A DNA stretch of 64,000 bases, taken from assembly GCA_951406725.2 (NCBI GenBank), contig OX597832.1:28334001-28398000 (forward strand), written 5' to 3'. The notes below the pieces were generated by a model that had not been told where the DNA came from, did no database searches, and was given only the letters and a program-made list of their open reading frames with translations. This document shows, piece by piece, positions 1 to 13,173 of the stretch. Every line of letters starts with the position of its first letter. The stretch's first letter is position 1. A program made the translations under genes and the position numbers. The stretch comes from Octopus vulgaris. Lineage: Eukaryota.

Positions 1-181
1 CCTGCTACTACTACTACTACTACTGCTGCTGCTACTGCTGCTACTACTACTACTACTGCCACCGCTACTACTACTACTACTGCCACCGCTACTACTACTA
101 CTACTGCCGCTACTACTACTACTACTACTACCGCTACTACTACTACTACTGCCACCGCTACTACTACTACTACTACCGCCG

Positions 182-231
<50 letters not shown>

Positions 232-252
232 GCTACTACTAATAATAATAAT
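1..252. repeat. (CTA/CTG/CCG)n trinucleotide tract
   Basis: Directly visible. Confidence 0.95.
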
Positions 253-858
253 AGTTGTAGCTCCCCGCTGTACCTCCCAGTAGCAATAATTTGGTGATAA
301 GGCATGGGGGTGGAGGTGGGGAAGGCCTGGAATATTGAGTTGATAGAGACATTGATGAATATTAGAATAGTTTGTTATCAGCAGGTCCTAATTAGATTAA
401 TTATTCAGAGCCTGATCATAGCTGTGTCAGCAACATCCTCCATCAATGACAATAACGGCATCAATAATATATTATTCTTGTTCAACAAGAAATGAATGTG
501 ATGTTTAGCAACAAACCGGAATAAATCAGCAACAATCACAACCACAAAACTGCCCCAGGCTGAAATTCGCAACAACAACTTCAGCTACAATAGAAGCTAA
601 ATTAGCAACAACATCATAACAGAACTGACTTTGGCTGAATTAACAACAACTGCAACAGCAAAACTGAAGCAGACTAAATTAGCAACGCTTGCAATAAGAG
701 AACTGACCCACATCAGATTGTTGACAGAAACTCTGGCTATAACAGCAGAACTGATAATGGCTAAATTAGCAACAATTAAAACAACAATAAAAGGGAGTTT
801 GATTAAATTAGCAACAACCCCAGCAGTGCTCGCCTTAGCTAAATTAGCCACAGCAGCA

Positions 859-1392
859 AAACTGACCCCGGTTAAATTAGCAACAACTACCACCACAACA
901 AAACTGACCCAGGCCACATTAGCAACAACTACCACCACAACAAAACTGACCCAGGCCACATTAGCAACAACTACCACCACAACAAAACTGACCCAGGCTG
1001 CATTAGCAACAACTACCACCACAACAAAACTGACCCAGGCTACATTAGCAACAACTACCACCACAACAAAACTGACCCAGGCCACATTAACAACAACTAC
1101 CACCACAACAAAACTGACCCAGGCCACATTAACAACAACTACCACCACAACAAAACTGACCCAGGCCACATTAACAACAACTACTACCACAACAAAACTG
1201 ACCCAGGCCACATTAGCAACAACTACCACCACAACAAAACTGACCCAGGCTACATTAGCAACAACTACCACCACAACAAAACTGACCCAGGCTACATTAA
1301 CAACAACTACCACCACAACAAAACTGACCCAGGCCACATTAACAACAACTACCACCACAACAAAACTGACCCAGGCCACATTAGCAACACCA
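859..1392. repeat. 42-bp minisatellite, about 12 copies, with degenerate units back to about 545
   Basis: Unit aaactgacccaggccacattagcaacaactaccaccacaaca. Confidence 0.95.
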
Positions 1393-2224
1393 ATAACACA
1401 ACTGCTACAATATATCTAAATTCAAAATGAGAGTATGGCTGACCACAACAACAACAAGAGTGATCGTGTCTATATTAGCAAGAACAACAACAAAATTGAC
1501 CATTGTCACATTAACAACAACCTTAGCAAGAACATTTATAACCAGTCTTTGTCCAATCCGATCTGACCATTGTTATACAACAACAATCGGAACTAACCCA
1601 GTCTCCATGACAACAGAAACAATATTATTTCCTTGTACGAAACGAAAGAGAGATAACACCTTAGAAATGCCATTGTTCGTTAATATCCTTCGTCTTTTGT
1701 CATTTTCTGTTTTCTCTCCTTAAGGACACTAAGACACCATTCCTACGTTAAAACCTGTGACAATACAACAAAGTTTACATAATTGCTTTCTTCACTTCAC
1801 GGGGGAAGGGTCACATGATCAAGTCCCCCACCCCACCCCACCCCACCCCCATGTCTCCTGTCAGCACAATGTGTCCACTTGGCGAGGAACGATCATGAAT
1901 GCAGCTTACATTTCTATTCTTGATGTATTTCCATTGCAGAGACTAAACAAACCGGATCGATAACTTAAACTAATCAATCTTCCGTATGTAAAAGGGTGGA
2001 GTCTGTTTTAGGATAATTAATCAAGCGTAAAATGGATTTTAATTCATTAAGATGATTGACACCTCGCACTTACAGTATCTCCCTCATTAGAGCCGGACAG
2101 AAAAGCTTTGATTTATTGGCTCAATGGATGTCAATTAGCAAGAAATACAGAAAAGTCTATTTAGCATTTGAGACTTGAGATACTCGTAATGATAATGAGT
2201 TCATTGTATACAGTGCTCAGGTGC

Positions 2225-2826
2225 ACTGTAATTGCTCAAGTTCTCTACAATTGCTCAAATTCTCTACAGCAGCTCAGAGGCTCTGCAGCTGCCCGAGGGC
2301 TCTGCAACTGCTCAGGGACTATGCAACAGATCAGGAATTCTGCAACTGCTCAGAGGCTCTGCAACTGCTCAGAGGCTCCACAACTGCTCAGAGGCTCTGC
2401 AACTACTCAGGAACTCTGCAACTGCTCAAGAATTCTGCAACTGCTCAGGAATTCTGCAACTGCTCAAGCATACAGCAATTGTTCAAATTCTCTACAGCAG
2501 ATCAGGGGCTCTGCAACTGCTCAGAAGCTCTGCAATTGCTCAGAGGCTTTGCAGCTGCTCAGGAATTCTACAACTGCTCAGAGGCTCTGCAGCTGCCCGA
2601 GGGCTCTGCAACTGCTCAGGGACTATGCAACAGATCAGGAATTCTGCAACTGCTCAGCTGCACTGAAATTGCTCAAATTCTCTAACTGCTCAGTGGCTCT
2701 GCAACTCCTCAGGAGTTCTGCAACTGCTCAGGGGTTCTGTAGTTGCTCAGGGATTCTGCAGCTGCTCAGGGACTCTGCAGCTGCTCAGGGGCTCTGCAGC
2801 TGCTCAGGGGTTCTACTACAACTCAA
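2225..2826. repeat. 19-bp minisatellite with higher-order duplication
   Basis: Unit ctgcaactgctcagaggct; the block at about 2272-2356 recurs at about 2576-2658. Confidence 0.9.
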
Positions 2827-3464
2827 TAGGACTTATTTGCTGAAAATGTGGGCAATGTGTGCACATCTAAATAGAAAGATCCTTTTGCAAATAAATGAGA
2901 GAGGTTTTATATGTTTGTATGCTTAGTTCATTAGAGAAAGTGGGGCAGAGGTGAGAGGGAGGGAAAAGGCGAGGGAGGAAGGCAGAAGTGAGAGATGGGG
3001 AGCGGGAGAGGCAAGAGATGGAAGGAAGAGATAGAGGTTAGAGCGGAGTGGAAAGGCAAGAATGGGTAGGGAGAGCCCACCTTGCACGTGAATAAACCTT
3101 CACATCTGCTACTACCACCACCATCACTACTACTACTACTACTACTAGTATTTTCAAATAAACTGGTGTTGATGGGAGTGGTGGTCATATGATGAGAAAG
3201 TGATGGGTGAATTAAGAAGCCATATAAGATAATGTCACAACATCACTGAGAATGGAGATTCATACCAATCAGTAATGATTAGGCTAAATATGTGAGTTGT
3301 GTGACTTGTCCAAGGTTTAACGCTTTACAATTTATAACACAGATAATTAGGTTAGATATGTAGAGTGGGGTGTCTTGTTTAAGATTTAGCTCCATAAAGT
3401 TGGATGAAATACCATTAAGCATTTTGCCTGGTATGGAAACAATTCTCACAACCACTTAATAATA

Positions 3465-4080
3465 ATGCCCCGATGCAGTACCAGTCAGGGGCCATGCCCC
3501 AATGCAGTACCAGGCAATGGCCATGCCCCCTGATGCAGTACCAGGCAGGGGCTCTCGTGGCTTCTGATCTTAACTGATTGGAAGTGTTATCATGTACACT
3601 GTTTTGTCTTGGTATAAAAGATGGGCTACAGCAAATATTCTGCTCAATACCACAGATTTGCTTGTCAGTTGTTTGACCTTAACCAGTTAAGCATGGCCCT
3701 TAGTGGCTGACGATATGTGCATCTCTGATCACGAGCAGAAGTAGTGGGGGAGCATCATAGCCATGTGTTGAGAGGGATTCTTTGGGGTTTGGATAATTCA
3801 CCTCTGGAAACATGGGTGTTTCATTCATCATCCTTAAACAACCCTTATTCAGGGACCTTTTGAGCGGGACGGGTTACTCGACCTGAAGGAAATTCTAACT
3901 GGGCCCCACCTGCAAGGCCATGCATTGTTTATCTTGATATGAGATCACCAGGTCACGCACATATGGTTGTGATTCATGTACCTGGTGTACCCTTATTGGA
4001 TGGGTAATCACGATGGGTATACTGGGCTTCATATATTTTACCCCAGTGTCACTTTGATGGCATGAACTGCTCTCTCACTC
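3465..4080. mobile_element. Probable interspersed element (about 600 bp) inserted in (AAT)n, unclassified
   Basis: GC-richer block bounded by AAT repeats on both sides; the left end has three tandem approximately 30-bp 'gatgcagtaccaggcag' units. Single copy in this window. Confidence 0.45.
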
Positions 4081-4514
4081 AATAATAATAATAATAATAA
4101 TAGTTTCAAATTCTGGCAGAAGGCTAGGAAGCATTGTCCCTTGGGATTCTGAAGAGAAGTAAATTATGAATTAACATCTAAGATTTTAATATTTAATGTG
4201 AAAAAGGGGTTATTTCTTGCCGCAAACATCAAACGATGATATATGAGACATGAGTGGAATAGTCTATCTTGGCAAGTACCGACTAATTACTGTGTAGGCG
4301 TATAATAGTACAGAAAAGTAACAGAAGTTAACTGCTAAATTTATGATGGACTGGTAGATGGGTGGATGCTTTGTAGTGCAGTTGATGATTATGTCAGCTG
4401 GCAAGGAATATAAACATGGGTGCCTTGGTAAGCCTGTGATTCTTTCATGCTTCAAATATGTGATTATAATGTCTAATATTAGAATTAGGGTGTGATTGAA
4501 ATACAATTTGTAAT

Positions 4515-4930
4515 TGGAGTGAATGCTAAAAGAGTTGGAATGAATGCTAAAAGAGTTGGTACGAATATTAAAAGAGTGGGTGCAAATTCTAAAAGAGTTG
4601 GTGTGAATACTAAAAGACTTGGTGCGAATACTAAGAGTTGGAATGGATGCTAAAAGATTTGGTGCGAAGACTAAAAAAGTTGGTGCAAATGCAAAAAGAG
4701 TTGGTATAATTATTAAAAGAGTAGGTGCGAATACTAAGAGTTGGAATGGATGCTAAAAGATTTGGTGCAATGACTAAAATAGTTGGTGCGAATGCTAAAA
4801 GAGTTGGTGCGAATGCTAAAAGAGTTGGTGCAAATGGTAAAAGAGTTGGTGCAAATGGTAAAAGAGTTGGTGCAAATGGTAAAAGAGTTGGTGCAAATGG
4901 TAAAAGAGTTGGTGTGAATACTAAAAGAGA
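4515..4930. repeat. 21-bp minisatellite
   Basis: Unit aatgctaaaagagttggtgcg, beginning about 50 bp into the intron after the 4979 donor. Confidence 0.95.
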
Positions 4931-4978
4931 CTCAAATGTAATTCTGAGAATCTCAAGAAACAAAACTCAAATACTCAC

Positions 4979-5106
4979 TGTTTTAATCTCTCCTGACTAA
5001 ACGGTGCCGTGAAATAGTTATCTTCTTCTTTCACAATATCAGAATCCAACTTAAATGGTGAGTAGAGTTTGTCAAAGCAACTTTCTGGAACGTTGATGTC
5101 GTTTTT
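4979..5106 (-). CDS. ANO: Anoctamin exon (Anoct_dimer region)
   Basis: 128 nt, phase 0-2, ccttttattgtag| ... AAACA|GTGAGT. Translates KNDINVPESCFDKLYSPFKLDSDIVKEEDNYFTAPFSQERLK ('YFTAPFS.ER' is anoctamin-typical). Absent from the ORF track. I found no convincing next exon in 1-4978, so the gene probably continues past the window edge. Confidence 0.92.
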
Positions 5107-5618
5107 CTACAATAAAAGGGGAAAAAAAATAATAATTTCAAAAATAATTCTTCACTTATGTTTTTGACTTATTATTGTTATCATTATTTCTTTTCTTTTT
5201 TTTTTTTTCAGATTCCATAAAACAAATGATTTGTCTGAGACAGATGGCACCTCTCCCTTGCAATGCTTGCTGCTACCCACACCAGGACGAATATACTGCT
5301 GTGGTTGTTTTCTCTGTGTTGTGTAACTTTAAAGAATGCAAAGTTCTGCAATGACTTGATGCTATTGCCAAAAAAAAAAAAACCAGGGAAAAAACGAGTA
5401 CAAAGACTCCGCCTTTATTCATATGTCCAACCCATGCCAGCATGGGACACAGGCGTTAAAGGACGATGATGATGATGATGATGTACTCAATCTAAATTAT
5501 TGTTATTAAACCAATCAATTGCTTAGCAGTTGATGAATAGATTAGATCAAATAATAAAACACAGACAGAAGTTTTTTCGTAAGGTTTCTTTAGAAAAAGA
5601 TGGTGCCACAGAGACTAA

Positions 5619-6016
5619 TCTTTATATATAAAAGTGAGGTTGTGTGCTGTCTGTCTCCTACGATTTAGATTCCTAACTACTCCCACATTTTACGGTGCAG
5701 TTTAACCAAAACCGGGTATCTTATAGTTGTGATTCATATCGAGCCCTTCTGGGTATTAGCACGCGTCTACGATGAGTCTACGATTTAAAAAAAAAATTAC
5801 CATCAATTTTTCCCATTTTTAATGCATTTTTAGCATATATAAGGGAAGTAACTCCCTAAAAATTTATTATTAAATGTCAGAACGTAAAAAGCTACAGTAA
5901 CACCCCCCCCCTTTGTGGTTAGCCATATTGAGATGGCTATTATACTTTACATCTCTAAAAATGCTTATATAGTTATTTCCCTTACAAACCCGAGTAACGC
6001 CGGGCGATACTGCTAG
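5619..6016 (+). mobile_element. Non-autonomous Helitron
   Basis: 5' TC start, 3' hairpin CCCG-agtaacgc-CGGG (5989-6004), terminal CTAG, inserted between A and T with no TSD. A paralogous empty site 'gagactaa|tcttgg' lies at about 6113-6126. Confidence 0.85.
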
Positions 6017-6217
6017 TCTTGGTCTAAATGAAATTTTGATCAGAAATAGTTTTACACAGCTAGAAACCTTGGTCTCAAAGAGATTTGTCTATCTTTAGAT
6101 GGTGCCATACAGAGACTAATCTTGGCCTGGATATAAGGATTGTCCACAAAGAGGTGATATGACACAGGCAAAGACCTTTGTCTAAATGAGATTTTGAGCA
6201 GAACTAATATCACACAG

Positions 6218-6545
6218 ATGTGCATGGCTCAGTTAGATCGTCGGTAATGACTTTCATTTCCCGGACGGGCTCTGTGTTGTGTTCTTGAGCAAGACACTTT
6301 ATTTTCACGTTGCTCCAGTTCACTCATCTGTAGAAATGAGTTGTGACATCACTGGTGCCAAGCTGTATCAGCCCCTTTGCCTTTCCCGTGGACATCATCA
6401 GTGGCATTCAGAGAGGAGGCTGGTATTCATAGGCAACTGCTGGTCTTCTATAAACAATCTTGCTCAGACTTGTGCCTCGGAGGGGAACTTTCTAGGTGCA
6501 ATCCCATGGTCAGTCATGACTGAAGGGGGTCTTTGCCCTTTTTTT
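6218..6545 (+). mobile_element. tRNA-headed SINE family C ('gtgttcttgagcaagacactt' box)
   Basis: Matches 43919-44255 and the reverse complement of 54680-55016. Confidence 0.8.
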
Positions 6546-6731
6546 ACCTTACATAATTTGTGTGTGAAAAGCAAGTTACTACACTTTACCTAAGACTGAA
6601 TATACACCAAGGAATAGGAGAGTGGGTAAGATAGAATGAGGGGAAAGAAAGAGTGGGAATAACGAGAGAGAGAGAGAGAGAGAAAAGAAATGTAGAGTGT
6701 GTGTGTGTTTAGAAAGGAGGTTGTTTCTTAC

Positions 6732-6830
6732 CGCTAAAGGCATCTTCATATGTAAAAACTCTGCGTAAACACAGAGAACATCCCAAGGGGCATGGATCTT
6801 GACAAAATGGATGACTTTCTTCTTGAAGGC
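6732..6830 (-). CDS. ANO: Anoctamin exon (Anoct_dimer region)
   Basis: 99 nt, phase 0-0, ttgcag| ... GCG|GTAAGA. Translates AFKKKVIHFVKIHAPWDVLCVYAEFLHMKMPLA, the hallmark 'FVKIHAPW.VL..YAE.L..KMP' of anoctamins, in frame with the previous exon. Confidence 0.95.
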
Positions 6831-7050
6831 CTGCAACAACAACAATAACAACAACAACAACACCATTAAGCAAACTGATACAAAATGACGTGAATGTGTA
6901 GGTGGTAGATGTGTATATAAGTATATGTGTGTGTGTGTGTGTTAGGTTTATGAATAATCACAAGTCTCAATAATTTAGTAGGCTTATCAATGGTTTTGTA
7001 AATGTATCAATGGCTTTTATGCTTATCACCAAATAATGAAAAAGCACATC

Positions 7051-7511
<461 letters not shown>

Positions 7512-7602
7512 AATAATAATAATAATTCTTGCTCCTACTGAGGGAACAAGGCCTGAAATTTTGTGGGTGGAGACCAGTTGATTACATCGACCCCAGTGCT
7601 TC

Positions 7603-7633
<31 letters not shown>

Positions 7634-7762
7634 TGCTTCGAAATTTTCAATTTTTATATTTTTTCAAATAACAACAGCAACAACAATAATAACAATAATA
7701 TTAATAGTATTAATAAATTATTTTTTGATTTGGGCCCATGGCCAACAAGTTTGTATAATATA

Positions 7763-7808
7763 GTGTGTGTGTGCGTGTGTATGTTTATATATATATATAC
7801 ATACATAC

Positions 7809-7881
<73 letters not shown>

Positions 7882-7888
7882 CATATAT

Positions 7889-7921
<33 letters not shown>

Positions 7922-7989
7922 CATACATATACATACATACATACATATACATACATATACATACATACACATACATACATACATACATA

Positions 7990-8021
<32 letters not shown>

Positions 8022-8130
8022 CATACATACATATACATACATACATACATATACATACATACATACATATACATACATACATATACATACATACATACAT
8101 ATATACATACATATACATACATACATACAT

Positions 8131-8174
<44 letters not shown>

Positions 8175-8232
8175 CATACATATATATATATACACAATAT
8201 AGTGTGTGTGTGTGTGTGTGTGTGAATGTGTG
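7763..8232. repeat. (TACA/TA)n microsatellite, representative of many dinucleotide/tetranucleotide tracts
   Basis: Similar tracts at about 8860-9345, 19608-19842, 27920-28620, 33053-33340, 39788-40915, 42725-43810, 58860-59170. Confidence 0.95.
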
Positions 8233-8252
8233 TAAAAAGTGTAAAGTTATAC

Positions 8253-8411
8253 CTTCTGTGCGTATTCCAATTCCAGTCCAAACTTTTCCAAGCTGTTTTC
8301 GAACTGATGTCTTCGGGTCTCATTCTTGCCATCATCATACTCTTTATTGAAAGCCAACACAAAATCAATTCGGCGTGTTTGGTCGTCAAAAAACAGGCTG
8401 TTGAGTGGCTT
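8253..8411 (-). CDS. ANO: Anoctamin (TMEM16) family exon, start of the N-terminal Anoct_dimer region
   Basis: Translates KPLNSLFFDDQTRRIDFVLAFNKEYDDGKNETRRHQFENSLEKFGLELEYAQK, matching the anoctamin 'F.DG.RRIDFVL ... R..FE..L...GLELE' motif. Donor AAG|GTATAA after 8253 (phase 0). Acceptor ambiguous: ttcctgaag|AAG at 8411, tandem AG at 8408, or caacag| at 8397. Paralogue not assignable. Confidence 0.93.
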
Positions 8412-9021
8412 CTTCAGGAACGAAAATAACAACGATAAAACATTATAAATAATTCAAACAGTTGACTTCTTGTCTCATATAACAACAAATTCTATCAACA
8501 AACAGAGAATAGGAAAAATACAGCAAAAAAAAAACAAAACAAAAAACGAAAGACAAAAAATGGTAAAATGGAAGATGTTCTGTAAAAATACTGTTGAAAA
8601 TATTTTTGTAATGTTGCAAGCAGTGAAGCAATAAAGTTTAATTATTTTTGACAAGACAATTACCGTCGCTTAATTAATTTTAAAAATATTGGTTAGTATT
8701 GAAGTTTTCCGTGTCAAAATGCCAGCTTTTGATATCTTACCAAAGATTTCTCTGTAAATTGTTCTGCTTTAAAGAATTTGGCTGTTAGGAAGCGGAATTA
8801 AAACTAAGATTGCATATTGTATACACTTGTAATTGTATATTTACATACGTATGTACATAAATATATATATATATAAACAAGCACACTCTCACAAACCTAT
8901 GCATATATACATATATGTAAACACACATATTGTATACACACATATATATGCACATATATACATATACATACATGCATATATATATATATAAACACATTTT
9001 CACACACACATATGTACATAT

Positions 9022-9052
<31 letters not shown>

Positions 9053-9241
9053 GACACACACACACATATATATATCCATACACACATATATATGTACATA
9101 TACGCCCACACACATACATATGCACACACACACACACATACTCACATACACAAACAATATACTCTCAAATACACACACAAACACATACAGATATATCTAC
9201 TGCTAAACAATGAACAAACACAAGAATATACAATGTGTGTG

Positions 9242-9288
<47 letters not shown>

Positions 9289-10187
9289 CTGTGTGTGTGT
9301 GTGTGTGTTTCGTGTGTGTTTCTGTGTGTGTGTGCGCACGCACATGTGTGGTGCCACTTGTTTCCCATTGCCCAGCTGACACTTATCCACTTTACATTTA
9401 TTCTTCCATGTTGGCATGAGTTGGAGAGATCTTGTCCAGTCCAGGATATCTCACCACATGTTCTGGTGCTTTGCCATCCCCTCCACCAGCTTCAACCTTC
9501 TGGGACCAATTTTAGCCACTTCATGCTATAATGACTTTGGAATTCTTTGGCACTTATTTACCAAACTCTCATCTCTTCCCCAGACCTCCATCCATATACA
9601 TCACACTTCCCCATCAGCTCAGTTTTCCTTCCTCTTGAAACAACTTCCTCTCATTTCTCTTGTCTATTATTTCTATCAGCTTATTTGTGTTCCGCCCTTC
9701 ACACACACACAAACAACAGCTGCTATTTCTGTTTCCTGGTTCACCAGTCAACAATACATGATTCCATTGTCTGTAGAAAAGAAAAGGACGACCAAATCTA
9801 AAAATAACAGTCACTCTCTCTCTCTCTCTCTCTCTTCTCACATACATCCGTGTCTGTCTGATATGTGTGTGTGTGTGTATATATATATAAATATACATTC
9901 AATAATGAGGGTGAATAAAATTATAGATATTAATTTAATAATACCCTTATTTTAACACCAAACGACCTAGCACAAAAAAACCGGGGATACAAATTCATAT
10001 TTATCCGTAAATATTAGAGAACCAACTTTGAGTATGTTAACTCTATGTGCTAATATATATACATATATGTATAAATATATATGTGTGTATATATATATGT
10101 ATATATGTATATATATATATGTGTGTGTGTGTGTATATATATATGCCAGCATGGAAAGTGGACGTTAAACAATGACAAAGATAAAGA

Positions 10188-10218
<31 letters not shown>

Positions 10219-10252
10219 CAGGTACCTTAACCAGATGATGATGATGATATGC

Positions 10253-10287
<35 letters not shown>

Positions 10288-10359
10288 GGAGTAAACACAG
10301 GTATTTAGAATTTAAAATAAAACCCAGCAAAACACACTGATATTATAATCCGTAATAAT

Positions 10360-10395
<36 letters not shown>

Positions 10396-10505
10396 CATAT
10401 ACCGGAGTAAACACATAAATGTGAAACAAGGTGGAAAAAAGAGTACTCAAATACCAGTGGTAGAGTAATATGCTTTATTTAAAACAGCAGAAAATTCAAC
10501 AAAAC

Positions 10506-10543
10506 CTGTTACTCTGAGTTTCCCGTTGCCGTTCATCGGACAG
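10506..10543 (-). ncRNA. Hammerhead motif, inverted partner of 10567-10604
   Basis: Minus strand reads CTGT-CCGATGA-ACGGCAACGG-GAAA-CTCAGAG-TA-ACAG. Confidence 0.6.
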
Positions 10544-10566
10544 TTTTTGCTAGATTCTAGCCAAAA

Positions 10567-10604
10567 CTGTCCGATGAACGGCAACGAGAAACTCAGAGTA
10601 ACAG
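10567..10604 (+). ncRNA. Minimal hammerhead ribozyme motif, second family, CCGAUGA core
   Basis: CTGT-CCGATGA-aCG GCAA CGa-GAAA-CTC A GAG-TA-ACAG: stem I CTGT/ACAG, GCAA tetraloop stem II, quasi-palindromic stem III ACTCAGAGT. Confidence 0.65.
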
Positions 10605-10781
10605 GTTTCGTTGAATTTTCTGCTGCTTTAAATAAAGTATATATACATACACCATTCTGCTTAAATAATGGAGCTGCAAATACAATATCCTTACGTATCT
10701 TAATTCTATTTTCATTTCTTCACTTCTCTATGTATCTCCTGTCTTCTCTACAATAATTATCACTTAAACATTTTCTCGCAC

Positions 10782-10831
10782 TGTTCTCTGTTGAAGAGAT
10801 GTATAAAATATCCCGGAAACAGCTGTAACAC
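10782..10831 (+). ncRNA. Degenerate hammerhead motif (same family as 14759)
   Basis: CTGTTGA-agagatgtataaaatatcccg-GAAA-CAGCTG-TA; flanks resemble the 14.7-kb arm. Confidence 0.5.
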
Positions 10832-10893
10832 TTTCTCTTTATAAAAGTTCTGAAAACTATTCGCACCCTTGGATTTTTTATATCATTCTCTTA

Positions 10894-10940
<47 letters not shown>

Positions 10941-10943
<3 letters not shown>

Positions 10944-11340
10944 CATAGGAGTGGCTGTGTGGTAAGTAGCTTGCTTATGAACCACATGGTTCCGGGTTCA
11001 GTCCCACTGTATGGCACCTTGGGCAAGTGTCTTCTACTATAGCCACGGGCCAACCAAAGCCTTGTGAGTGGATTTGGTAGACAGAAACTGAAAGAAGCCC
11101 GTTGTATATATGTATATATATATGTGCGTGTATGTGTTTGTGTGTCTGTGTTTGTCTCCCTAGCATTGCTTGACAACCGATGCTGGTGTGTTTACGTCCC
11201 CGTCACTTAGCGGTTCGGCAAAAGAGACCGATAGAATGAGTACTGGGCTTACAAAGAATAAGTCCCGGGGTCGAGTTGCTCTACTAAAGGCGGTGCTCCA
11301 GCATGGCCACAGTCAAATGACTGAAACAAGTAAAAGAGAA
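10941..11340 (+). mobile_element. tRNA-headed SINE, family B (CORE-like box; resembles octopus OR-type SINEs)
   Basis: A/B boxes tggctgtgtggt / ggttcagtccc, 'gcaccttgggcaagtgtctt' box, internal TA/TG tract; at least 8 near-full copies in the window. Confidence 0.85.
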
Positions 11341-11977
11341 AGATATATATATATATATGTATATATACATATGTATGTGTGTGTGTGTATAATATATATA
11401 TTATCAAAATCAACATCAAATCAAACCAAATGGAAATTGTAGTTGTGATACTCGAGCCGGTGGCATGTAAAAAGCATCATCTGAACATGGCCGATGCCAG
11501 CTCCTCTGGCCCTTGTGCCAGTGGCACGTAAAAAGCACCCACTACACTTTCAGAGTGGCTGGCGTTAGGAAGAGCATCCAGCTGTAGAAACACAGCCAGA
11601 TCAGATTGTGGCCTGGTGCAGCCACCTGGCTTTCCCAGACCCCAGCTGAACTGTCCATTCCATGAGAGCATGGAAAGCGGACATTAAACGATGATGATGA
11701 TGATGATGATTATGGCAGAATCGTTAGCTCTGTGGGTGAAATGCTTAGCAGTATTTCATCTGATGTTACATTCTGAATTTCAAATTCCGTCAAGGTCGAC
11801 TTTGCCTTTCATCCTTTCAGGGTACCAGCAGAGTGCTAGGGGCCAATGTAATTGACTATGACTCTCCCCCAAATTTCAGGCCTTGTGCCTATCCTAGAAA
11901 GCAGGGGCGAACTTACAGTGGATGTTGTTAATCTCCAACATATCAGATTAACAGCAATATTATCAGAGAAAGCAATA

Positions 11978-12013
<36 letters not shown>

Positions 12014-12222
12014 CTTCAATTTTACTTCCATTTCGTGCCAATTGCCTTCCCAACTTAATACTATTAAACACATCCACACAAGATCTATGCTTTTACATCT
12101 AGACAGTGTACAAACATAGATATCTAACACTGTTGACCTCATCTTTACAGAGTATATACTTACTATATGCACACACACACTCACATGATGTATACATATA
12201 CTGCTGTATGTTTCTCTCTCTC

Positions 12223-12257
<35 letters not shown>

Positions 12258-12637
12258 GAAAATGTGTCTACCAATACATATATCTATCTATATCTACATG
12301 TGTGTATGTGAGTGTATATCTATGTTTGTGTCTGTATATCAACATATATCTATGTATGTGTGTATATGTATATATCTATATATATCTATCTACATGTACA
12401 CACACACACAAACACACACACATGCCCATATACACTCAATACTTACTCCTGATTCATGCACACACATACACAGTCCAAGCAAATCAGCTATATAACTACT
12501 CACGAATTGTACACACACTTATATCAACACACAATGCACACACACACTTATCAAATAAACATATACACACGCATACATAATGCATACACTCACATCAAAG
12601 AAGCACAATTAATACAGATTCAGAAAGTACATAGACA

Positions 12638-12676
<39 letters not shown>

Positions 12677-12770
12677 ATTAGTTATATACACACACATTAT
12701 GTTCTCAAGTACTTAACGTACAATTATGAGGAGTCCTGTCTGTCCACATTCTGTAGAAACATGCCGAGAA

Positions 12771-12806
<36 letters not shown>

Positions 12807-13173
12807 GCCACTTGTAATTTATGAGCGAGAGAAAGAAAGAGTGTGGGAGGGAGAGAGAGAGAGAATTGTTGTCATTTGACACCAGAAAAGAAAAAAAGCT
12901 GATAAATAAACCTGAAAGCAAGAAATATCAAATCAATAAAATTCATTTTAGATTTAGTAACTTTCATTGTAATACATTTTGGATATGACAATTTACAAAA
13001 TAGTAATGCTCGTTTATTAATTAGAATGATTACCCACACTAACACACACAAATACAGGTGACAAAAAGCCCAATTACCCAGTATATAAACTTTAATATAT
13101 ATTTACATACATTTTATGTTTACATAGTTTAGTATAAAATTATTGAATATTTCATATTTCTTCTATAGCTATA

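Larger units (their letters stand above)
10283..10642. mobile_element. Penelope-like/retrozyme-like repeat with a terminal hairpin (about 85-bp arms)
   Basis: 10468-10553 is inverted relative to 10557-10642, both arms with hammerheads. A second copy of the family lies at about 30586-31085. Confidence 0.65.

Noticed and set aside
597-1419. 260-aa poly-Val and 262-aa Thr-rich (mucin/antifreeze-like) ORFs
   Set aside because: Products of a 42-bp stop-free minisatellite; no ATG start, signal peptide or convincing splice sites.
2168-2926. Cys-rich ORFs (CNCS repeats) resembling metallothionein or keratin-associated proteins
   Set aside because: A 19-bp repeat gives the same peptide in all three frames, the signature of a non-coding minisatellite.
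5190-5330. Strong + strand acceptor (poly-T cag at 5211) as an antisense exon
   Set aside because: The poly-T could be a retro-tail; the short frame has no recognisable homology and no partner exons.
7654-8232. Many His/Thr, Tyr/Ile, Cys/Val and poly-Asn ORFs here and throughout the window
   Set aside because: Translations of (CA)n, (TA)n, (TACA)n and (AAT)n microsatellites.
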